Below the pieces are notes generated by a model. That model had not been told where the DNA came from, searched no databases, and worked only from the letters and a program-made list of their open reading frames with translations. A stretch of DNA of 63,015 nt, counting the filler, from Sluysia triapertura (taxonomy: Eukaryota): assembly GCA_046118255.1 (NCBI GenBank). It is 5 parts of 5 records of this genome, joined end to end, with 100 filler letters (N's around TTAATTAATTAA, not from the genome) between each part and the next. Parts side by side here need not be neighbours in the genome. Positions count along the whole stretch, not along the records: positions 1 to 11,565 come from JBJNIA010183357.1; positions 11,666 to 23,123 come from JBJNIA010184535.1; 3 more parts are not named here. One strand, written 5' to 3'. Positions 1-13,129 of the stretch are shown here, in pieces. The translations under genes were made by a program, and so were the position numbers. The number at the start of each line of letters is the position of its first letter. Within the stretch, counting starts at the first letter, position 1.

Positions 1-439
1 GTTTTATTAGTATTAATATTATTTTAGTTTACTGTAAATGTTAGTATTAATTTTATTTCTTAGTTTTATATGAAAAAATAAATATTAAAATTTTTAAAAT
101 AGTAAATTAAATATTAAAAATTTAAAGTTAAAAATACAAGATTTTTAAAGTACGAAAATTTAATTTGAATATTTCACAGATTATTTTATATCTTTATTCT
201 TCGGCATTTATCAGAAAGATTTATCATTTTCATTTTTGAAGATTTTTCGGAAAAAGCAGTATCGTTCGTTTTTTAAATTAAGTTCATGGCATTTTTAAAA
301 GAGCTAAAAAAAGTTAACTTGAAAATGTATAATCTACATTTATACAACTTTTTAATTTCATTATATTAATTTATTTTTAAAATAAATTGATTTTTCGAGT
401 CTATTGTGGAAATTAAGAGAAGTTTTGCCAGAATAAAAT

Positions 440-550
440 GTTTATGAAATATGTGTGAGTCCACCTTGATCATAGGCTTACGAGTTACGGCTAGTCCGCA
501 GGATTTTTCTTTTAAAAGAATAATACTTCGCACTTACTGGAGGTTAAGAC
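440..550 (-). repeat. Dispersed repeat family A, diverged copy
   Basis: Reverse complement reads taacctcc...aaaaatcctgcggactagccgtaactcgtaagcctatgatcaaggtggactcac, matching the copies at ~1650, ~20480 and ~41250. Confidence 0.6.
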
Positions 551-1584
551 AAATTCGAATAATTTGTGAAGTTTTTTCTTAATAAGTTGATCTTCTTAAA
601 AATAATGATTTCAAATTTTATCAATGTTACAAGATTTTATTGAGTTAATGAAATTACTATTCCTTTTGATAAATGTGTGAACGTGACTCAACTTTTATAA
701 TTGTGATTTAGTGACTCAACAATTTTATTATTGGTTTATGAATTATTTAGATATTTGTACTTCATATTTAAACTAATTTAATTCCTTTGGAAATATTTTG
801 TTGTTTGAATATTTATTTTAAGTAATAATTTTTTATTTTAAATTTTTATTAAAATTTTTTAATTTTTAACTAACGTCACTGATCTGATTTTGATATTTTA
901 ATATTTTGTTTTAATATTTTAATTTAATATTTTGTTTTAGTCTGACAAGGTAGGACTAAAACAAGTATATAAACATTAAACTTTTGTAACTATGTACACA
1001 ATTTATCAACACATAAGTTGACATATCAAGAACTTTATTGATTCGACAATAACCAGTCTTTTCAGTTGAAAAATCTAATCTTTTGATTTAGATCAAATTT
1101 TTCCTTGGATCAAAAATTTCACCAGTGGCATTAGTTTAATATTATTGAGTTTGATATATTTTATATCACAAGTAAAATACAGGTAATATTATTACTAATA
1201 TTGGGATCATATAATGATCTACAGAAAAATATTCTTTTAAAAATTTTAAATCTTTGATATAACTAACTGAAAAACAGTTAGTTCATGTAAATTTACTATT
1301 ATTATTATTACTGATTTATTGTATAATTTTTCAAGAATAAAAGTTTATTTTGTAATAGTTCCTTACTAATTTACATAGTTTTAAAATCGGACACTTTAAT
1401 TGTTTTCAAAAAACTAGAAGTTAATTCTAGGTGGTAAAATCTTTTCCAACGATTCCATATAACGTAATCAATGTAAAATTAATAAATAAATTCAAATCTT
1501 TTCATTATTCAACTTTAAATTTGCTAAATAGTTCAACTTATCAAGATTCCCAATTTAAGCATATTAATGTAATAAAAGATATGT

Positions 1585-1735
1585 AATTTACCTCAAGGTA
1601 GAACTGAGTACGAAGGACTTTATTGACATAATTTTCAAAACTTATCTTACAAAAATCCAACGGCTGGCCCTAGCTGGTAAGTCTAGTGCATTGGTGAACC
1701 ACATATTTAACTCGTTTTATTCTATTTACTTTACA
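1585..1735 (+). repeat. Dispersed repeat family A
   Basis: Core aaaaatccaacggctggccctagctggtaagtctagtgcattggtgaaccac is shared with 20475-20530, followed by the shared ttttattctattt. Confidence 0.7.
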
Positions 1736-1809
1736 TACATTTCTCACAAATGGAACTATTAGAAAATTATAATTTGTTTTGACTTTATGGTTATATGAGT
1801 TTATTAGTA

Positions 1810-2330
1810 ATTGAATATTGTTTGGATTAGTGAATGATAAAGATCGATATAAGTGTGAAATAGAATAAGGTGAATCTTATTAAAGAATTAAGATAAGGTA
1901 TTATTGTGAATTGTAACGGTAAATAATCATATAAAATACTTTAATTAAAACAAAATAATGAGAAATATGAAGAAAATAACCCTTTCAAGGTTTCATTTGT
2001 CAAAATATCAAACTGTATTTGTTAAAATTTGTTTAATTTGATAACTCACGATATAATGATATTGGATTTAGTGTTTAACATTGAGTTTTATTAGTATTTT
2101 TGGTGATGAAGTATTGTCAAGCACGTTAGTGCAGATAATGTAAAAATTTAATTAAGTTTTATAATTTAAAATTAAAGTTAAATATGTTTCGATGTCTAAG
2201 TATATATCAAATTGATGCTTATAAAGTACTAATTCAAATATGCTGCTGAACTTGACGTCCAACGTATGGTTCAAGACTCACAACGTATCATGCAAAGATT
2301 CCTATGATAAATAAATTTATCATTTCATTA
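1810..2330 (-). repeat. Dispersed repeat family E (old, possibly LTR-derived)
   Basis: Reverse complement shares blocks (ttttac.ttatctgca...acttca, cactaatcc.aaca, aaaactcaa) with 49690-50130 and 55120-55620. Confidence 0.5.
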
Positions 2331-5300
2331 ATTGTATATTTAAATTAAGTTGACAAATCACGTTATTAATATAATAACAATATAATAATAACTTTAAATT
2401 TTATTTAGATGATATTGAAAAGATAAAGGGATTGTTTTTAGATAATTATTTTTAGATAATTAAAATGATAATGACGGAAATATAATTAGTAAAATTGGTC
2501 ATTTTATTAACAACTAAAAGAGAACAAAGAGCTTTAATTTTCGTCTTGTTCAATTTCTAATTTTAATTTCCCAAAAAATTAGAAGTAAAAACGACAGAGA
2601 CAAGAGTTAGAATTAAGATAATTAGCTGCTTCTGTTCATCAGTGGAAAATGGTGAAATTGAAGCTATTTCTTTAGAAATTGGTTAAAATAAACAATTTTA
2701 ATAAACCATTAATATGGGTTAATAACGTGTTCATCATTGATTACATTTTGTAGTAATGCGGGTGCTAAAATTTAAACAAGTTGTATCACCCTTGGTTGTG
2801 GTTTGTTAATATTAAAAGATTTGTAATTTTGATGTAAATAAACAATGACAATTATTATTAAAGAATAATTTGTATTATTATTATAAAGAATAATTGTAGT
2901 AATCTTGTGATAATATAAAGAATATATCGAGATTTTTGAATTTATTTAGTTTTAATTAATAATTTATAAAATCAAAAGTATAAAAGACACAACATTATTA
3001 TTTTTTATAATTATACAAACTTTGTGAATTATCACTTTTTCGTCATTTATTTTAAATTCAAATTAGATTTTTCGTCTTTAGACTTATTTTTTATTATAAT
3101 TAATAATTAACTTTAAAATTATTCTCTAATTTTTAATTTTAATTCTCTTTTTCAAATTTTACTAATGGCATCTATGAAGTTATCACATTGAATAGAATTA
3201 AAATTTATAAAATAAACTTTAACGTTCTAAAACAGTAGAAATTATCTTCAATAATTCCTAATAATATCTGGAAACAGTTAAATCAAACTCAAAACAACCA
3301 ATTAAACAAATAAAACCATTGGAATTCATAATTCCGTGTTGGATTAGTAAGAAACTGTACAAATGTAAATTCAATTGTAAATCAATATGTAATTATAAAT
3401 CTATTTTATATTTTTTCATTCAATTGATATATAATTATGAATTGGCTTTGTATTTTCAAATTTATTTTATATTTTCATCATCTATTATAATTAACTAAAA
3501 TTCTTGAACATTTTAAATGCGAAGGTTCTATTTTAAGAGGAACCTAATTCAGCAAAATAGATCAGATCTGGAGATGGATCCGGCTAATTATATACATTTT
3601 ATGTCAAAGATTGACGACGGTCTAATTAGACTTTCACAAAAGAAAGAGTAGCTTCTAGTTATGCACAACATAGTCGACCCTTTTTTGGGTGCTTATTTTA
3701 AACGTATATCCACTCAAATTATCTTCGCGATTAATGACTCTTGAAATAAGTTAAGTCAGGCTTTTTAAACTTTTTTATAATTTAAATCAACCTGTTACGG
3801 TCTGATTTACAACAGAATGTATTTTAAAGTTAAAATAAAAAGAACGTCATTTAATATCTTTATTAATTAGAAAAAAGGTGAAATTTACAATACTAGAGTT
3901 AAAAATAATATAACAATTACATTCAGTTAACACTTTAAACTTAGAGTTTAGGTATGAAATGAATTGGATTTTAAAAAGATTTTTACCTATGCAGTTACGG
4001 TATAGGACAAAATAATGGTATTTTAAGTAGATTTTCGTTATCCTATGTTTAAGATTAGGATTGTTAAACTTATCTAGAAAAATTTACCTATAAATTGAAA
4101 TTTGTCGTTATTTTGTTCTATTTCCTAAATTGATCAGAAGTAAATCCAAAAAACAGTTTTTCTTCCAACAGCAATATTGATCGTTTCTCCAAATTATTAT
4201 TGTGTCTTGTTCTAAAAATTTATTACTATTTATATTAGTTTCTTACTTTCTTACTTCCGGTTTTGGATTTGTTTATTTTTTGGTTCATTAAAACAAATTT
4301 TAATTCTTAAAACAAAAATTTTTTAAAACTAATTTATTTTCAAATTTCTTAATGTTTAATATTTGAAATATTAAATAATAATATTATTATTATTTAAAAT
4401 TATCAGATACAATTAAATAAAATAAAATAGATAAAATAAATGAAATATTAAGTCAAGTATAATATTATTATCATCAATACATTTTATTATTATTATCAAT
4501 AAAAATTAATTGTAAATTGATCACTAAAAGTTGATGCTCCACATGATATATTATAAATATTGATGTATAAAAATGTTTTGTAACCATTAAAAACTTTTGA
4601 GTTCTGTGGACACATTATGGAATAATTATTGAATTTAAAGTAATCAACCAACAATTTATATAGAGCTTAGAGTATTAAAGTAACAATTTATTGAATTATT
4701 AAAATTAATATAAAAGGAATAGATTTCACAAAAGTATGACACGGTGTTATTTTATTTTAAAAATCTTCCACGTCTAAATTTGCAAGTCACGTCAATTTTG
4801 ACTTGGAAATAACTACAGTTATTCACGAACAATTTGGTCCCAGCTTTTTTATTATTGCCTATTGAAGAGGAAGATCAACTCATTTGGTTTTCAACTACTA
4901 GAAACACGAAGATATTTCGAATCGGATTAAAACTTTTATTCCTGAAGCGTAAGTTTAATTGTGTTAAGTTTACGCTCTAATTTTTTAGCTTAAAATATCT
5001 ACATTTTCGACAGCCAAGTATTCACCTGGGTCAATTTTCATTCTAAAGTAATATTAAAAAAATTTGGAGCAATCCTCAATATATATATATATATATATAT
5101 ATAACGATTGTTTTACCATTTTTCAATAAATTTCTTGTTATTAGTTTCTTATTTATCAAAAATAGACTAATAGAATAATTAGGAAGAATTAATATCAAAA
5201 GTATTAAAAAATCAACGATTCAGACTATAGTCGTAGAATAAACTCTCAGTGTTAAACAATTTATAATTAAGAACTATTTTTAAACACATTTGTATAAATA

Positions 5301-6187
5301 TTGCCAAACATTATAAAAGACCCTCGTTCTGTAACATTATTTGCAACTAAAAGTTGTTAAAGAAAACTTCTCGTTGATTATCTGACTAAAATCGTATAAA
5401 TTGCTTCTTCTGAAAGATATAAAGCATAAATTATAGGCGTACCCTTCATAATTGTTGACAGTTCACGAAGAAACACAACAAAATGAATAAAGTAGATAAA
5501 AACAGAAAATAGTCACAAAATAACAACATTATAACTTATGCAAATAAAAAAAGCAAGTAATTACTGTCTAAAAAGATTACAAACTCAGTATTATCAGAAA
5601 GTGAAACATTTTAACAAGAAAATAGGATAATATACTTTAAAAAACAAAAATTTTATTATTCAGAATCCGATAAATGTTTTTTCTCAAACATAAAATTAAT
5701 ATTAAATTTTAAATAAATGAACCATCTCTAATATATGATTATTTCATGGAAATATTTTCACAATATTGCACGATAACAAATAAATAATAAATTTTAATAT
5801 TGTCAAGACATTTTAAACAACCTTTAAAACCTCCTCTCTATCTTAAATTGCATTAATGAATAATTGATAAAAATCTGTGTGAAGTATGTGAGAATATCAA
5901 GTTTATTTTTAGTTGAATACTCGAACTTCATTTTTTCATGACACTTAATTACTAATAATGTAATTTATTGTTTTAATATTATTAATGTATTTATTTATTG
6001 TGACAATAATGAATAATGATGAAAAGTTTTTGAACGTTTTGGTTTAAATTAAATTTACTTTTTAATTGATTGTATAAAACTTCAAAATTTAGGCTTTTTA
6101 TTTTTCATTTACATATAAATATACAATACTTTCACATTAACACATACGCTGCCAACCCCCAATATACTCGCGATACTTTCACTGTGC

Positions 6188-8157
6188 TGTGGTTTTTCTA
6201 ACTCTTTACATACGGCAGAATCCGGTTACAGTAAACATCTTGTCGTAAAGAGGGCGCTTCTGTAATAATATAAGCAAATAATGTTATAGAGTTAGGGTCT
6301 TACAATTGCTCAAAAGTATAACTTTAATAATTTATTAAACAACTCAAAAATATTAATTATTTATTCAAAATACAAAAATTTTTTAATAACTAGAGTAATA
6401 GATAGAGAATGTAAAAATAATTATTTTAGGGATTAAAGCTCCGTGAGCGTGAAATTCGAAAGGTTTCTTCAACGAATCGGTTATGGTGATATAAAAAAAT
6501 TCAATTATTGATGTTTTATTGTGCAGTCAGGAAGAAATTGAAGAAAGATAAAATTCATTTGAATTATTCGGAGCTGACTTTATAATTAGCCGTGAGGACA
6601 TGCGAATGTGGTTAATTGAAATTAATTCCAGTCCGTGTATGGCACCGAGTACTCCTGTTACTACACAATTGGTTGAATCTGTAATTGAATGTGTATTTAA
6701 AGTTTTTTTGATCCTGACTGTGATGCTGGAAAATTTGAATTTTTGTATAATTAAGACCCATTTACAAAACCTGTTATCTATCAAATATGAGGCTTATTTA
6801 TCAAAGGACATGCTATTCGAGAAAGCCTAAATTTGTCTCTGATTCTAATGATGCATATCAAATTGAAAACGATTGATGATGTTAATGAAGTTATTAAACG
6901 TTTAGTACGAAGAAAATTGTTAAATAATGATACCATAACAAAATTAGCTTTAAAATATAATTTAAGTTCACATGTTCATGAAATTTAAAAATGTATGTCG
7001 TAAAATGATGTTCGTACTATAATTTATATTATACTTTATTGAAATGACAAACTTAATTATTGAAATTAATTTACTTTTGTTAAGAACTGTTATTAAAAAG
7101 TGAAAATTACCATTACAATTAGAAACTTTATTACAAATTTTAACTTAAAATTATTAAATTCTAACAACAAATGAAAGTAACAACGGAAACTATCTATTTT
7201 AATTACATCAAGACGAAAATTAAATTTCTTTGAACATTAAAATAATGATAAAATAAAATGGTTACCATACTAATAACAATTACAATAAAATAATTGAATA
7301 AAGTAAAATAATAATAATATAATAACAGAAACAAAATAAAAACATAAATTCTTTGTCTTTTCAACATAATCTTTCTTATTTTATTCTCGTTCTTAACATA
7401 ATATTTATTTAATTAACATTAATGTCTTTAAAAGTCCTAGAGACTGAATGTTGAGAGATTGTGAACCTATGATGTTTTACATTAATCTTTCGCGTTTTCA
7501 ATAATACTTTAAGATGTAATTGTGATTCTAATGTTATAAGATAATGAATATATGTTTTAAAAGAGTTTTTAAATGTACATTGATGGTTTTGAATGTAATT
7601 ATGGTTTGGATGTTGAGAGATTGAGACTTTAAAGTGTTTTGAGGTATGAAAAATGGTTTTCGTGGATCTGAAAGAAATAAAATATGAAAAAGGTTTTGAT
7701 AAAGTATTAAAAGAAATGAGTACAATATGTGTATAAGAATGGAGTAATATTTAACTAAAGATGCTAATAAAAAACTCTGTTTTAATTATAATGATGTTTT
7801 AAGTTAATTTTGAATTACGAATTTAATGATTTTTGATGTACTAATTGATTTTATTGCTGACAAATTGTAAACTCAAAATGTATTGCGATGTTTAAAGTTT
7901 TAGTGGTTTTGATGAAAAAAATGGTAAAAAGGTTATGGAATGTGGTTTTATGTGCGATATGTTAAATTAAATTTAAAATTTTTTGAATTAATTTTTAAGT
8001 ATATCTTTGATGATTTTCGATGTTGAGTATGATCTTGATGCTATAAAATTTTATGTTTAAAATGTGTGAAAGTATTAAGAATTATGAAATGTTCTGAGGA
8101 GTGATTTTGTTATGTATTGTTGAAATAAAATTTTAAAGTATTTCGTTGGCCACCACA
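6188..8157 (-). mobile_element. Cargo-carrying LTR-like element E1 (TGTGGT...ACCACA)
   Basis: Right end gttggccaccaca (8145-8157) is identical to 59480-59492. 7390-7680 is colinear with 59110-59400 (ttcttaacata, attctaatgtt, aaatgtacatt.atggttt, tttaaagtgtttt, tggatct.aaa). Left end tgtggtttttct at 6188. No clean TSD. Confidence 0.55.
6440..6840 (+). pseudogene. TTLL3: Tubulin monoglycylase TTLL3/TTLL8-like fragment, decayed
   Basis: Translates SIIDVLLCSQEEIEER*NSFELFGADFIISREDMRMWLIEINSSPCMAPSTPVT, then after a frameshift DPDCDAGKFEFLYN*. This matches the TTL C-terminal FELxGxDF and WLIEINxSP motifs. In-frame TAA at 6549-6551, plus further stops and frameshifts. Confidence 0.85.
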
Positions 8158-9107
8158 ATGTATACTAGTAAAATTGGTGATTTGAGTGTTATGAAAGAGG
8201 TAAATCATTTACAGCTTTAAAATACACTCAAAATATTTTTCACTGAAATCCAAGCATTCGCCTGGATTAAAATCTATTTAAATTCTGATTATTTATTAAA
8301 AGTTTAAGGAGAAAAGCCTTGCTTTTCCATATACACATGTATTATCATATTTTTTTACAATTGTATTTGATCATAAACATTATTTTATATACGCATTTAT
8401 TATAACTTTTACGTTTGTTAATAATTCATTTTTCTTTTATAATATATTTTCCTTTGTTATTGCGTGTTGCTTTTAGTTGTAATTGAGGTAAAAGAAAAGT
8501 TAACGTGAAATTAATAAGAAAACTATTAAGTTCTAATGGTGTTGACAACATATTTGAATCGACCCTCAGACTGAGCTATATATATATATATATATAAACT
8601 TTTAAAAGACATTTAAAACCGTTGCAAATTTGATTATAACGAAGTTATTAAGGATTCTTGGTGAAGGTTTTTTGATATTTGACATCATGCGAATACGTCT
8701 TCCTTGAAATATCAATCGTATATCACAGGCGAACCCGAGATTTAATAATATAATTGTTACTACCAAGTTATTAACAAAAGTCAGTCTGTACCATCTGGAG
8801 AAAGTAATATTCGAAATAAATTACATCATATTGTGAGTATTGCAGATGAAAACTTGCATAGAGCAAGAACCACATCTGATGTTTTTAAACAAACTATGAA
8901 ACCAAAAGTAAACTCCTTACTTCAAATCATTAGTAAATCTTTTAAATCAATTGGTAAAGAAGACCAAGACACATTACTTACTATTTCTAGTTACGAAAAG
9001 GATAAATCACAAGATCTCATTCTTAAACAGCTTCCTTAAAAAATGGCAATGTACAAGCTCAATCAGTTGGATTATGCTTATTTACGAAAATAATAAATAA
9101 AAATACT

Positions 9108-9165
9108 AAGATCCAAAACATACAGAAATTTTATTCATGTACAATGATAACGCAATTTACTACTA
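9108..9165 (+). repeat. Fragment shared with the Tc1-derived MITE at 52764-53163
   Basis: agatccaaaacatacagaaattttattcatgta.aatgataac.caatttactac is near-identical to 52906-52960. Confidence 0.75.
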
Positions 9166-9609
9166 CTATTAGCGTTACTACTATTACTGCTATTATCACT
9201 GATAAAAAATTTACGAAAAAATATTTTTGGAACAATCTTTTTCAACGATGTTAATCAACATAATTATTGAACCAAAATTTCCAAAAACACTCATCAATGG
9301 AACTGCTATCGACAGATCTCATTTATAAATTTATGATGTATATTTTTTATGCTTTTAATCTTTATTTTGTTTTATAATAAAACGTTATTAAATTGTGTTG
9401 CTTTCATGTTTTCTAAATTAAGTTTTGTTTTCAAAGGCATTAAGCATGTTTTGTTTTGTAATTCATTAACGTTTAAAAGTTTAAGCAATTTTGAATATAT
9501 TTTGTACATAAAGTTAATTAAATTTTTAAATAGATTTAAGCATTTTATATGATTTTAATTGATTTTTGGTTAGTTTTAAATAGTTTTAAATAATTTCAAA
9601 GTGTTATTA

Positions 9610-9653
9610 TAACATTTTAAATTACATTAAAGGGTTGTGATGACAACCTAACA
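9610..9653 (-). repeat. Terminus of LTR-like family D (TGTTAGGTTGTCATCAC)
   Basis: gggttgtgatgacaacctaaca is the reverse complement of the family D start at 61202. Confidence 0.6.
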
Positions 9654-11565
9654 ACTATATTATAAAGTACAATTTGTGGAACTTGCAAGCCTTTATGGCC
9701 ACAAATATAAATATACAAAAATGTAAAAACTTGAAAAAAAGCTACAAAGAAATTGTTTGTAAAAAAATTCAAAATTTGTGTATATATTTATCTTGAAATA
9801 ATAAAACTTAGATAAACAATAACACTCAAAATGGCAAAGCGAATAACTTCATACAATTTAGGATTGAGCTAATATTTACACAAGTGCAATCAAAAAATAA
9901 TAATTGATTCTTAATACACAGCGCTCCGAGAAAACAAATTTTGCGCTATTTCATACAAGAATATACAAATTTACTGAGAATTGAAAATATAAAAGGTAAA
10001 AAAATCAAAATTACACAATAAAGAACTGTGTAAAAAGTTTATTTATTTAAAAAATAATACAATAGTTATTTACTTACAAGCGATACAATATACAGAATAT
10101 CATAACTAGAGTATTTGAAGTTTGAACGACAAAGGAGTGAGAACTTTGAAAAGTAAGTTATGCTATTCCTGTTGCATAAGGGATTTTTTGTAATGCTATT
10201 TGTCAAAAATTCAATATCATAGTTAATTAAATTAATTTGTTTTGAAAATCAGTTTATAATATTAAAATAATCAACGTTGCGACCTTTATTTCGTTTTATT
10301 AAAGAAAAAAATTTATTGCTTGCTAAAAAAGTCGATGTGTCATAAAAAAATGATCGATTTTAATTTATAAAATCTAAAAAAATGAATGTAAAAAAATATT
10401 TTATTTTTATATAAATGCCCCCAGCCAGTCGCCCAGCTTGCCCGTCCTTTTAACGGCGTTATTCATACATTAACTTTAGCAATAGAATAACAGTAAAATA
10501 TCACAGAAATATTAAAATAACAATAATAACAATAAAATTAAAATATAATTTCCAAATGAAGCATAAAGTAACTTCAAATAAAAATCAAGAAATGATTTAA
10601 AATCGTAAACAAACAAAATAAATTAACAAATAGATGTGAAAGATTACGAATCAGACAGCAAAGTAAATGAATATTAATACATTTATACTACAATATGGCC
10701 TCCAAACAATAGAAAATTAATTAATAAATTAAAACAAAACAAACTATGGAGTGAAATTAAAAATGGTTTAACAGCACAAATAATGAGGCACCACAAAGTA
10801 AATTTTAATTGGATCATAAAGTTGATGTGTGTTATAATATTTGGTGATATTTATATTTGGTTATACATTTGTTGATTATTTGATGATTTATTATTATTGT
10901 ATTGAATTACGTCGTTTATCGGAATCTTCAAATTTATAACACAATCAGTTGTTGTATAAATAATAATAATGGACATGATGAATTATTTGGATAATAATTA
11001 GTAACAAATTTAGAATTGCTTGAATTACGAATAAGTATAAAGTTTTACATTAAATTTCACATTTTTATCTTGATATTGAACTTTATTTTGTCGTTATGTG
11101 AGATCAAAATTGAAGTGTATAAACTACAAATGTGTATGTAATATAATGATTTATTTCAAAATATTATAAATTTACATTGACATTGAAACTTATGTATCAA
11201 CATATATTGATAAGCTTCGAAAGTAAATCAGTAAGAAGTGAAGAATGCCTTGAGTAAGATATGCAAGAAGTACATACTTTACTTTATTAGCAAGAGGAAA
11301 GCTTAATTGATTTTATAGGAGTAAAACATTAGAAAATAGTAAAACTAATAATAAAATCGACACTAACAAATTATTATAGATAAAAAACACAATTATCATT
11401 AACATAATCATAAACGAATCTCAACAAAATCCCAATAATCATAAACGAATCTCAACGAATCTCAATAAATAAAGAGATATAGATTAATTGAAATAATAAA
11501 TTTAGCTGCTCTCTGATAAAAATAAAATTATTTAATAAATTGTAAGTTTCCATGTGGCTCAGAAG

Positions 11566-11665
11566 NNNNNNNNNNNNNNNNNNNNNNNNNNNNNNNNNNN
11601 NNNNNNNNNTTAATTAATTAANNNNNNNNNNNNNNNNNNNNNNNNNNNNNNNNNNNNNNNNNNNN
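11566..11665. other. Artificial contig-join spacer N44-TTAATTAATTAA-N44
   Basis: An identical 100-bp construct occurs four times, and the 12-mer puts stops in all six frames. Confidence 0.95.
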
Positions 11666-11726
11666 GTATATATATAGTATATATATATTGCATCTTAGTA
11701 CATTAATTTATTTTATTACCTTAATA

Positions 11727-11816
11727 CAGTGGTGTCAAAGTGGCGGCCGACGGGCCGCTTGTGGCCCGCGGAGGCAAATCATGCGGCCCGTAAAGCAAAA
11801 AGGTTTGACACCACTG
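11727..11816. mobile_element. 90-bp hAT (Charlie-like) MITE
   Basis: Perfect 13-bp TIR cagtggtgtcaaa/tttgacaccactg with internal gcggcccg-type motifs typical of Charlie-group hATs. The 8-bp flanks (ccttaata/atgtaatg) match only partly. Confidence 0.85.
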
Positions 11817-12859
11817 ATGTAATGGATGGTTAAAAAATTAGTTTATTGAAATTATTATATTTCTATTTATGTTTAAAAATGATATAGATCTTGTATAAGT
11901 TACATTTTATTTTATTTTATACGAACACAAATACCTTTAAGCATAGAATTATTTTTATGCATCAGGATAAAATTTCATTCTTAAAATCAAATGGAAATAA
12001 TTTATTTAATTTTCATCTTTACAAAATATGAAAAAATCTTTATAATTGTTTTCTAGAATATTAACCGGTATATTCTAGTACTTAATTAGTACAATTAGTA
12101 TAATTAGTACTTAATAATTTTTATAGAAAATTTATATACTATTTTTCTCTATTCAGAATTTATTGCCAATAATTTTTCAATGTGCAATGCAATCAGCTTT
12201 CTTCTGTTCAATATTTTACTTTCTAACATATTTAACTCTATAATATCTTATACTATGATTGTATAGCCAATTTTGTATTTGTACTGGTTAATATTTTTAC
12301 TAAGTAATATTTTCCATTGTGTGGAGTTTATTTATTTATTGTTTGAATCGTAATATTTTCTCGGTGCTAGTCAAGTTTGATGGATTCCAGTCATTCTTCA
12401 CATTTGTCTATTAGTTTCTTATTACTTTTTGATGTTTATAAAGATGTTTTTTGGCATTTATTAACGTGAATATTCGTAGATATTAGATATCTACGTACAA
12501 TATTAAAATGTTTTTATTTTTAGATCACTTGGAACAATATAATATTTAAAATATATTTAAAAGATTTTTATTCTCTACAATATTTACAACGTTTATGGGG
12601 TTCTCACAATTGCAAATTGTAATGCTTCCTTAATTCTGGTTTTATAAATATTCGTATGATGTGATATTCAAATTATAGGAAATAAAACGTTCTTTAAATA
12701 TTTTATAATTGCTTCTNNNNNNNNNNNNNNNNNNNNNNNNNNNNNNNNNNNNNNNNNNNNNNNNNNNNNNNNNNNNNNNNNNNNNNNNNNNNNNNNNNNN
12801 NNNNNNNNNNNNNNNNNNNNNNNNNNNNNNNNNNNNNNNNNNNNNNNNNTTCATTTAAG

Positions 12860-13055
12860 GAATGATCTCAGTTTCTCTATGCAAGGTTATGTTGCAGTAA
12901 TGCTCAATAACATATCAACAACATCCACTGGAATAATTCTCAAATTGAAACAAATCAAATTATCTTTTTCTGATACTGAAATAGTATTTTACAATGCTTT
13001 TATCAGTTTTATACCTATATCTTTATATTGTATATATACAGATGAATTTTATCTT
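12860..13055 (+). CDS. SLC35D: SLC35D/fringe connection-like nucleotide-sugar transporter, internal exon
   Basis: AG acceptor at 12858-12859 and GTTAGT donor at 13056. NDLSFSMQGYVAVMLNNISTTSTGIILKLK...IVFYNAFISFIP resembles SLC35D1 DLAFDLEGY...LLYYNALF. Confidence 0.85.
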
Positions 13056-13129
13056 GTTAGTTAGTTATTATTATTTTTTTTTTATTTTTATTTTTATTTT
13101 TATTGCATAAAATTTAAATTACTTAAGAT

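Noticed and set aside
1660-1690. Hairpin plus CTAG as a Helitron 3' end
   Set aside because: Similarity between family A copies continues past the CTAG, so it is not a terminus.
8770-9100. Coding-like stretch around ORF 8833-9039
   Set aside because: No recognisable motif or convincing splice sites. It may be another decayed fragment, but I cannot support a call.
10425-10460. GC-rich transposon-end-like stubs (also 24093-24141, 31175-31200, 48513-48535, 51341-51360, 51895-51940, 62600-62613)
   Set aside because: They resemble hAT, Tc1/mariner or piggyBac ends, but no partner terminus or TSD could be identified.
11610-11621. TTAATTAATTAA repeated at ~11-kb intervals as a biological motif
   Set aside because: It is always centred in N44 runs, so it is an assembly spacer.
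12642-12854. 70-aa ORF in the track
   Set aside because: It is mostly the N gap at 12717-12849.
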